Assembly (NCBI GenBank): GCA_053919585.1
Contig: CM132791.1
Length of the DNA stretch: 64,000 nucleotides
Reading direction: 5' to 3' (one strand)
DNA from: Euprymna scolopes
Taxonomy: Eukaryota
The position numbers were made by a program, and so were the translations under genes. A model generated the notes under the pieces. It was not told where the DNA came from. It was given only the letters and a program-made list of their open reading frames with translations, and ran no database searches. How positions within the stretch are numbered: the first letter of the stretch is position 1; each line of letters starts with the position of its first letter. This document shows, one piece after another, positions 53,701 through 64,000 of the stretch.

Positions 53701-56700
53701 TGATAAACCTTTAAAAACCTTGGATCAAATTATTAGAAATACATGATAAACCTTTAAAAACCTTGGATCAAATTATTAGAAATACATGATAAACCTTTAA
53801 AAACCTTGGATCAAATTATTAGAAATACATGATAAACCTTTAAAAACCTTGGATCAAATTATTAGAAATACATGATAAACCTTTAAAAACCTTGGATCAA
53901 ATTATTAGAAATACATGATAAACCTTTAAAAACCTTGGATCAAATTATTAGAAATACATGATAAACCTTTAAAAACCTTGGATCAAATTATTAGAAATAC
54001 ATGATAAACCTTTAAAAACCTTGGATCAAATTATTAGAAATACATGATAAACCTTTAAAAACCTTGGATCAAAATTATTAGAAATACATGATAAACCTTT
54101 AAAAACCTTGGATCAAATTATTAGAAATACATGATAAACCTTTAAAAACCTTGGATCAAATTATTAGAAATACATGATAAACCTTTAAAAACCTTGGATC
54201 AAATTATTAGAAATACATGATAAACCTTTAAAAACCTTGGATCAAATTATTAGAAATACATGATAAACCTTTAAAAACCTTGGATCAAATTATTAGAAAT
54301 ACATGATAAACCTTTAAAAACCTTGGATAAAATTATTAGAAATACATGATAAACCTTTAAAAACCTTGGATCAAATTATTAGAAATACATGATAAACCTT
54401 TAAAAACCTTGGATCAAATTATTAGAAATACATGATAAACCTTTAAAAACCTTGGATCAAATTATTAGAAATACATGATAAACCTTTAAAAACCTTGGAT
54501 CAAATTATTAGAAATACATGATAAACCTTTAAAAACCTTGGATCAAATTATTAGAAATACATGATAAACCTTTAAAAACCTTGGATCAAATTATTAGAAA
54601 TACATGATAAACCTTTAAAAACCTTGGATCAAATTATTAGAAATACATGATAAACCTTTAAAAACCTTGGATCAAATTATTAGAAATACATGATAAACCT
54701 TTAAAAACCTTGGATCAAATTATTAGAAATACATGATAAACCTTTAAAAACCTTGGATCAAATTATTAGAAATACATGATAAACCTTTAAAAACCTTGGA
54801 TCAAATTATTAGAAATACATGATAAACCTTTAAAAACCTTGGATCAAATTATTAGAAATACATGATAAACCTTTAAAAACTTGGATCAAATTATTAGAAA
54901 TACATGATAAACCTTTAAAAACCTTGGATCAAATTATTAGAAATACATGATAAACCTTTAAAAACCTTGGATCAAATTATTAGAAATACATGATAAACCT
55001 TTAAAAACCTTGGATCAAATTATTAGAAATACATGATAAACCTTTAAAAACCTTGGATCAAATTATTAGAAATACATGATAAACCTTTAAAAACCTTGGA
55101 TCAAATTATTAGAAATACATGATAAACCTTTAAAAACCTTGGATCAAATTATTAGAAATACATGATAAACCTTTAAAAACCTTGGATCAAATTATTAGAA
55201 ATACATGATAAACCTTTAAAAACCTTGGATCAAATTATTAGAAATACATGATAAACCTTTAAAAACCTTGGATCAAATTATTAGAAATACATGATAAACC
55301 TTTAAAAACCTTGGATCAAATTATTAGAAATACATGATAAACCTTTAAAAACCTTGGATCAAATTATTAGAAATACATGATAAACCTTTAAAAACCTTGG
55401 ATCAAATTATTAGAAATACATGATAAACCTTTAAAAACCTTGGATCAAATTATTAGAAATACATGATAAACCTTTAAAAACCTTGGATCAAATTATTAGA
55501 AATACATGATAAACCTTTAAAAACCTTGGATCAAATTATTAGAAATACATGATAAACCTTTAAAAACCTTGGATCAAATTATTAGAAATACATGATAAAC
55601 CTTTAAAAACCTTGGATCAAATTATTAGAAATACATGATAAACCTTTAAAAACCTTGGATCAAATTATTAGAAATACATGATAAACCTTTAAAAACCTTG
55701 GATCAAATTATTAGAAATACATGATAAACCTTTAAAAACCTTGGATCAAATTATTAGAAATACATGATAAACCTTTAAAAACCTTGGATCAAATTATTAG
55801 AAATACATGATAAACCTTTAAAAACCTTTGACCAAATTATTAGAAATACATGATAAACCTTTAAAAACCTTGGACTCAAATTATTAGAAATACATGATAA
55901 ACCTTTAAAAACCTTGGATCAAATTATTAGAAATACATGATAAACCTTTAAAAACCTTGGATCAAATTATTAGAAATACATACCTTTAAAAACCTTGGAT
56001 CAAATTATTAGAAATACATGATAAACCTTTAAAAACCTTGGATCAAATTATTAGAAATACATGATAAACCTTTAAAAACCTTGGATCAAATTATTAGAAA
56101 TACATGATAAACCTTTAAAAACCTTGGATCAAATTATTAGAAATACATGATAAACCTTTAAAAACCTTGGATCAAATTATTAGAAATACATGATAAACCT
56201 TTAAAAACCTTGGATCAAATTATTAGAAATACATGATAAACCTTTAAAAACCTTGGATCAAATTATTAGAAATACATGATAAACCTTTAAAAACCTTGGA
56301 TCAAATTATTAGAAATACATGATAAACCTTTAAAAACCTTGGATCAAATTATTAGAAATACATGATAAACCTTTAAAAACCTTGGATCAAATTATTAGAA
56401 ATACATGATAAACCTTTAAAAACCTTGGATCAAATTATTAGAAATACATGATAAACCTTTAAAAACCTTGGATCAAATTATTAGAAATACATGATAAACC
56501 TTTAAAAACCTTGGATCAAATTATTAGAAATACATGATAAACCTTTAAAAACCTTGGATCAAATTATTAGAAATACATGATAAACCTTTAAAAACCTTGG
56601 ATCAAATTATTAGAAATACATGATAAACCTTTAAAAACCTTGGATCAAATTATTAGAAATACATGATAAACCTTTAAAAACCTTGGATCAAATTATTAGA

Positions 56701-59700
56701 AATACATGATAAACCTTTAAAAACCTTGGATCAAATTATTAGAAATACATGATAAACCTTTAAAAACCTTTGACCAAATTATTAGAAATACATGATAAAC
56801 CTTTAAAAACCTTGGATAAAATTATTAGAAATACATGATAAACCTTTAAAAACCTTGGATCAAATTATTAGAAATACATGATAAACCTTAAAAAACCTTG
56901 GATCAAATTATTAGAAATACATGATAAACCTTTAAAAACCTTGGATCAAATTATTAGAAATACATGATAAACCTTTAAAAACCTTGGATCAAATTATTAG
57001 AAATACATGATAAACCTTTAAAAACCTTGGATCAAATTATTAGAAATACATGATAAACCTTTAAAAACCTTGGATCAAATTATTAGAAATACATGATAAA
57101 CCTTTAAAAACCTTGGATCAAATTATTAGAAATACATGATAAACCTTTAAAAACCTTGGATCAAATTATTAGAAATACATGATAAACCTTTAAAAACCTT
57201 GGATCAAATTATTAGAAATACATGATAAACCTTTAAAAACCTTGGATCAAATTATTAGAAATACATGATAAACCTTTAAAAACCTTGGATCAAATTATTA
57301 GAAATACATGATAAACCTTTAAAAACCTTGGATCAAATTATTAGAAATACATGATAAACCTTTAAAAACCTTGGATCAAATTATTAGAAATACATGATAA
57401 ACCTTTAAAAACCTTGGATCAAATTATTAGAAATACATGATAAACCTTTAAAAACCTTTGACCAAATTATTAGAAATACATGATAAACCTTTAAAAACCT
57501 TGGATCAAATTATTAGAAATACATGATAAACCTTTAAAAACCTTGGATCAAATTATTAGAAATACATGATAAACCTTTAAAAACCTTGGATCAAATTATT
57601 AGAAATACATGATAAACCTTTAAAAACCTTGGATCAAATTATTAGAAATACATGATAAACCTTTAAAAACCTTGGATCAAATTATTAGAAATACATGATA
57701 AACCTTTAAAAACCTTGGATCAAATTATTAGAAATACATGATAAACCTTTAAAAACCTTGGATCAAATTATTAGAAATACATGATAAACCTTTAAAAACC
57801 TTGGATCAAATTATTAGAAATACATGATAAACCTTTAAAAACCTTGGATCAAATTATTAGAAATACATGATAAACCTTTAAAAACCTTGGATCAAATTAT
57901 TAGAAATACATGATAAACCTTTAAAAACCTTGGATCAAATTATTAGAAATACATGATAAACCTTTAAAAACCTTGGATCAAATTATTAGAAATACATGAT
58001 AAACCTTTAAAAACCTTGGATCAAATTATTAGAAATACATGATAAACCTTTAAAAACCTTGGATCAAATTATTAGAAATACATGATAAACCTTTAAAAAC
58101 CTTGGATCAAATTATTAGAAATACATGATAAACCTTTAAAAACCTTGGATCAAATTATTAGAAATACATGATAAACCTTTAAAAACCTTGGATCAAATTA
58201 TTAGAAATACATGATAAACCTTTAAAAACCTTGGATCAAATTATTAGAAATACATGATAAACCTTTAAAAACCTTGGATCAAATTATTAGAAATACATGA
58301 TAAACCTTTAAAAACCTTGGATCAAATTATTAGAAATACATGATAAACCTTTAAAAACCTTGGATCAAATTATTAGAAATACATGATAAACCTTTAAAAA
58401 CCTGTGACCAAATTATTAGAAATACATGATAAACCTTTAAAAACCTTGGATCAAATTATTAGAAATACATGATAAACCTTTAAAAACCTTGGATCAAATT
58501 ATTAGAAATACATGATAAACCTTTAAAAACCTTGGATCAAATTATTAGAAATACATGATAAACCTTTAAAAACCTTGGATCAAATTATTAGAAATACATG
58601 ATAAACCTTTAAAAACCTTGGATCAAATTATTAGAAATACATGATAAACCTTTAAAAACCTTGGATCAAATTATTAGAAATACATGATAAACCTTTAAAA
58701 ACCTTGGATCAAATTATTAGAAATACATGATAAACCTTTAAAAACCTTTGACCAAATTATTAGAAATACATGATAAACCTTTAAAAACCTTGGACCAAAT
58801 TATTAGAAATACATGATAAACCTTTAAAAACCTTGGATCAAATTATTAGAAATACATGATAAACCTTTAAAAACCTTGGATCAAATTATTAGAAATACAT
58901 GATAAACCTTTAAAAACCTTGGATCAAATTATTAGAAATACATGATAAACCTTTAAAAACCTTGGATCAAATTATTAGAAATACATGATAAACCTTTAAA
59001 AACCTTGGATCAAATTATTAGAAATACATGATAAACCTTTAAAAACCTTGGATCAAATTATTAGAAATACATGATAAACCTTTAAAAACCTTTGACCAAA
59101 TTATTAGAAATACATGATAAACCTTTAAAAACCTTGGATCAAATTATTAGAAATACATGATAAACCTTTAAAAACCTTGGATCAAATTATTAGAAATACA
59201 TGATAAACCTTTAAAAACCTTGGATCAAATTATTAGAAATACATGATAAACCTTTAAAAACCTTGGATCAAATTATTAGAAATACATGATAAACCTTTAA
59301 AAACCTTGGATCAAATTATTAGAAATACATGATAAACCTTTAAAAACCTTGGATCAAATTATTAGAAATACATGATAAACCTTTAAAAACCTTGGATCAA
59401 ATTATTAGAAATACATGATAAACCTTTAAAAACCTTGGATCAAATTATTAGAAATACATGATAAACCTTTAAAAACCTTGGATCAAATTATTAGAAATAC
59501 ATGATAAACCTTTAAAAACCTTGGATCAAATTATTAGAAATACATGATAAACCTTTAAAAACCTTGGATCAAATTATTAGAAATACATGATAAACCTTTA
59601 AAAACCTTGGATCAAATTATTAGAAATACATGATAAACCTTTAAAAACCTTGGATCAAATTATTAGAAATACATGATAAACCTTTAAAAACCTTGGATCA

Positions 59701-62700
59701 AATTATTAGAAATACATGATAAACCTTTAAAAACCTTGGATCAAATTATTAGAAATACATGATAAACCTTTAAAAACCTTGGATCAAATTATTAGAAATA
59801 CATGATAAACCTTTAAAAACCTTGGATCAAATTATTAGAAATACATGATAAACCTTTAAAAACCTTGGATCAAATTATTAGAAATACATGATAAACCTTT
59901 AAAAACCTTGGATCAAATTATTAGAAATACATGATAAACCTTTAAAAACCTTGGATCAAATTATTAGAAATACATGATAAACCTTTAAAAACCTTGGATC
60001 AAATTATTAGAAATACATGATAAACCTTTAAAAACCTTGGATCAAATTATTAGAAATACATGATAAACCTTTAAAAACCTGTGACCAAATTATTAGAAAT
60101 ACATGATAAACCTTTAAAAACCTTGGATCAAATTATTAGAAATACATGATAAACCTTTAAAAACCTTGGATCAAATTATTAGAAATACATGATAAACCTT
60201 TAAAAACCTTGGATCAAATTATTAGAAATACATGATAAACCTTTAAAAACCTTGGATCAAATTATTAGAAATACATGATAAACCTTTAAAAACCTTGGAT
60301 CAAATTATTAGAAATACATGATAAACCTTTAAAAACCTTGGATCAAATTATTAGAAATACATGATAAACCTTTAAAAACCTTGGATCAAATTATTAGAAA
60401 TACATGATAAACCTTTAAAAACCTTGGATCAAATTATTAGAAATACATGATAAACCTTTAAAAACCTTGGATCAAATTATTAGAAATACATGATAAACCT
60501 TTAAAAACCTTGGATCAAATTATTAGAAATACATGATAAACCTTTAAAAACCTTGGATCAAATTATTAGAAATACATGATAAACCTTTAAAAACCTTGGA
60601 TCAAATTATTAGAAATACATGATAAACCTTTAAAAACCTGTGACCAAATTATTAGAAATACATGATAAACCTTTAAAAACCTTGGATCAAATTATTAGAA
60701 ATACATGATAAACCTTTAAAAACCTTGGATCAAATTATTAGAAATACATGATAAACCTTTAAAAACCTTGGATCAAATTATTAGAAATACATGATAAACC
60801 TTTAAAAACCTTGGATCAAATTATTAGAAATACATGATAAACCTTTAAAAACCTTGGATCAAATTATTAGAAATACATGATAAACCTTTAAAAACCTTGG
60901 ATCAAATTATTAGAAATACATGATAAACCTTTAAAAACCTTGGATCAAATTATTAGAAATACATGATAAACCTTTAAAAACCTTGGATCAAATTATTAGA
61001 AATACATGATAAACCTTTAAAAACCTTGGATCAAATTATTAGAAATACATGATAAACCTTTAAAAACCTTGGATCAAATTATTAGAAATACATGATAAAC
61101 CTTTAAAAACCTTGGATCAAATTATTAGAAATACATGATAAACCTTTAAAAACCTTGGATCAAATTATTAGAAATACATGATAAACCTTTAAAAACCTTG
61201 GATCAAATTATTAGAAATACATGATAAACCTTTAAAAACCTTGGATCAAATTATTAGAAATACATGATAAACCTTTAAAAACCTTGGATCAAATTATTAG
61301 AAATACATGATAAACCTTTAAAAACCTTGGATCAAATTATTAGAAATACATGATAAACCTTTAAAAACCTTGGATCAAATTATTAGAAATACATGATAAA
61401 CCTTTAAAAACCTGTGACCAAATTATTAGAAATACATGATAAACCTTTAAAAACCTTGGATCAAATTATTAGAAATACATGATAAACCTTTAAAAACCTT
61501 GGATCAAATTATTAGAAATACATGATAAACCTTTAAAAACCTTGGATCAAATTATTAGAAATACATGATAAACCTTTAAAAACCTTGGATCAAATTATTA
61601 GAAATACATGATAAACCTTTAAAAACCTTGGATCAAATTATTAGAAATACATGATAAACCTTTAAAAACCTTGGATCAAATTATTAGAAATACATGATAA
61701 ACCTTTAAAAACCTTGGATCAAATTATTAGAAATACATGATAAACCTTTAAAAACCTTGGATCAAATTATTAGAAATACATGATAAACCTTTAAAAACCT
61801 TGGATCAAATTATTAGAAATACATGATAAACCTTTAAAAACCTTGGATCAAATTATTAGAAATACATGATAAACCTTTAAAAACCTTGGATCAAATTATT
61901 AGAAATACATGATAAACCTTTAAAAACCTTGGATCAAATTATTAGAAATACATGATAAACCTTTAAAAACCTTGGATCAAATTATTAGAAATACATGATA
62001 AACCTTTAAAAACCTTGGATCAAATTATTAGAAATACATGATAAACCTTTAAAAACCTTTGACCAAATTATTAGAAATACATGATAAACCTTTAAAAACC
62101 TTGGATCAAATTATTAGAAATACATGATAAACCTTTAAAAACCTTGGATCAAATTATTAGAAATACATGATAAACCTTTAAAAACCTTGGATCAAATTAT
62201 TAGAAATACATGATAAACCTTTAAAAACCTTGGATCAAATTATTAGAAATACATGATAAACCTTTAAAAACCTTGGATCAAATTATTAGAAATACATGAT
62301 AAACCTTTAAAAACCTTGGATCAAATTATTAGAAATACATGATAAACCTTTAAAAACCTTGGATCAAATTATTAGAAATACATGATAAACCTTTAAAAAC
62401 CTTGGATCAAATTATTAGAAATACATGATAAACCTTTAAAAACCTTGGATCAAATTATTAGAAATACATGATAAACCTTTAAAAACCTTGGATAAAATTA
62501 TTAGAAATACATGATAAACCTTTAAAAACCTTGGATCAAATTATTAGAAATACATGATAAACCTTTAAAAACCTTGGATCAAATTATTAGAAATACATGA
62601 TAAACCTTTAAAAACCTTGGATCAAATTATTAGAAATACATGATAAACCTTTAAAAACCTTGGATCAAATTATTAGAAATACATGATAAACCTTTAAAAA

Positions 62701-64000
62701 CCTTGGATCAAATTATTAGAAATACATGATAAACCTTTAAAAACCTTGGATCAAATTATTAGAAATACATGATAAACCTTTAAAAACCTTGGATCAAATT
62801 ATTAGAAATACATGATAAACCTTTAAAAACCTTGGATCAAATTATTAGAAATACATGATAAACCTTTAAAAACCTTGGATCAAATTATTAGAAATACATG
62901 ATAAACCTTTAAAAACCTTGGATCAAATTATTAGAAATACATGATAAACCTTTAAAAACCTTGGATCAAATTATTAGAAATACATGATAAACCTTTAAAA
63001 ACCTTGGATCAAATTATTAGAAATACATGATAAACCTTTAAAAACCTGTGACCAAATTATTAGAAATACATGATAAACCTTTAAAAACCTTGGATCAAAT
63101 TATTAGAAATACATGATAAACCTTTAAAAACCTTGGATCAAATTATTAGAAATACATGATAAACCTTTAAAAACCTTGGATCAAATTATTAGAAATACAT
63201 GATAAACCTTTAAAAACCTTGGATCAAATTATTAGAAATACATGATAAACCTTTAAAAACCTTGGATCAAATTATTAGAAATACATGATAAACCTTTAAA
63301 AACCTTGGATCAAATTATTAGAAATACATGATAAACCTTTAAAAACCTTGGATCAAATTATTAGAAATACATGATAAACCTTTAAAAACCTTGGATCAAA
63401 TTATTAGAAATACATGATAAACCTTTAAAAACCTTGGATCAAATTATTAGAAATACATGATAAACCTTTAAAAACCTTGGATCAAATTATTAGAAATACA
63501 TGATAAACCTTTAAAAACCTTGGATCAAATTATTAGAAATACATGATAAACCTTTAAAAACCTTGGATCAAATTATTAGAAATACATGATAAACCTTTAA
63601 AAACCTTGGATCAAATTATTAGAAATACATGATAAACCTTTAAAAACCTTGGATCAAATTATTAGAAATACATGATAAACCTTTAAAAACCTTGGATCAA
63701 ATTATTAGAAATACATGATAAACCTTTAAAAACCTTTGACCAAATTATTAGAAATACATGATAAACCTTTAAAAACCTTGGACCAAATTATTAGAAATAC
63801 ATGATAAACCTTTAAAAACCTTGGATCAAATTATTAGAAATACATGATAAACCTTTAAAAACCTTGGATCAAATTATTAGAAATACATACCTTTAAAAAC
63901 CTTGGATCAAATTATTAGAAATACATGATAAACCTTTAAAAACCTTGGATCAAATTATTAGAAATACATGATAAACCTTTAAAAACCTTGGATCAAATTA
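38733..64000. repeat. 43-bp satellite DNA array (>=25 kb, ~585 monomers, runs off the window end)
   Basis: Monomer CCTTGGATCAAATTATTAGAAATACATGATAAACCTTTAAAAA (43 bp, 10/43 GC), head-to-tail in the same orientation on both sides of the gap. Most copies are identical. Confidence 0.99.
52323..52422. other. Assembly gap (100 N, probably an unsized placeholder)
   Basis: Exactly 100 N inside the satellite. Confidence 0.99.

Noticed and set aside
38733-64000. CRISPR array
   Set aside because: Monomers are directly adjacent with no unique spacers, there are no cas genes, and the context is eukaryotic.
38733-64000. Telomerase-type telomeric repeat (TAAACCT/AAAACCT resemble telomeric C-strands)
   Set aside because: The unit is 43 bp and only 23% GC. 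The C-containing motifs are on the plus strand running rightwards, the wrong polarity for a right-hand chromosome end. A non-telomerase subtelomeric role cannot be excluded.
38733-64000. Repetitive protein-coding region
   Set aside because: The unit length is not a multiple of 3 and it contains stop codons; the ORF track shows nothing here.

Overview
AT-rich, repeat-dense eukaryotic (metazoan, probably invertebrate; taxon not determinable from sequence alone) scaffold with no recognisable intact host protein-coding gene. The left 38.7 kb is a graveyard of nested transposable elements: a nearly full-length but disrupted CR1/L2-type LINE (APE + RT, ~21.6-25.2 kb, +) and several minus-strand relatives, an RTE LINE fragment, a TA-flanked mariner carrying a solo LTR, other mariner and maT/DD37D remnants, non-autonomous Helitrons (several carrying tRNA-like segments or internal tandem repeats), a tRNA-Arg(ACG) pseudogene, Penelope-like terminal fragments with a degenerate hammerhead-like core, and three copies of an apparent 5S-rRNA-derived SINE. 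The right 25.3 kb (38733 to the window end, with one 100-N gap) is one very homogeneous 43-bp AT-rich satellite array (~585 monomers). It has helically phased A-tracts and recurrent variant monomers that record multi-kb internal duplications. All identifications were made by eye; no database searches were run.
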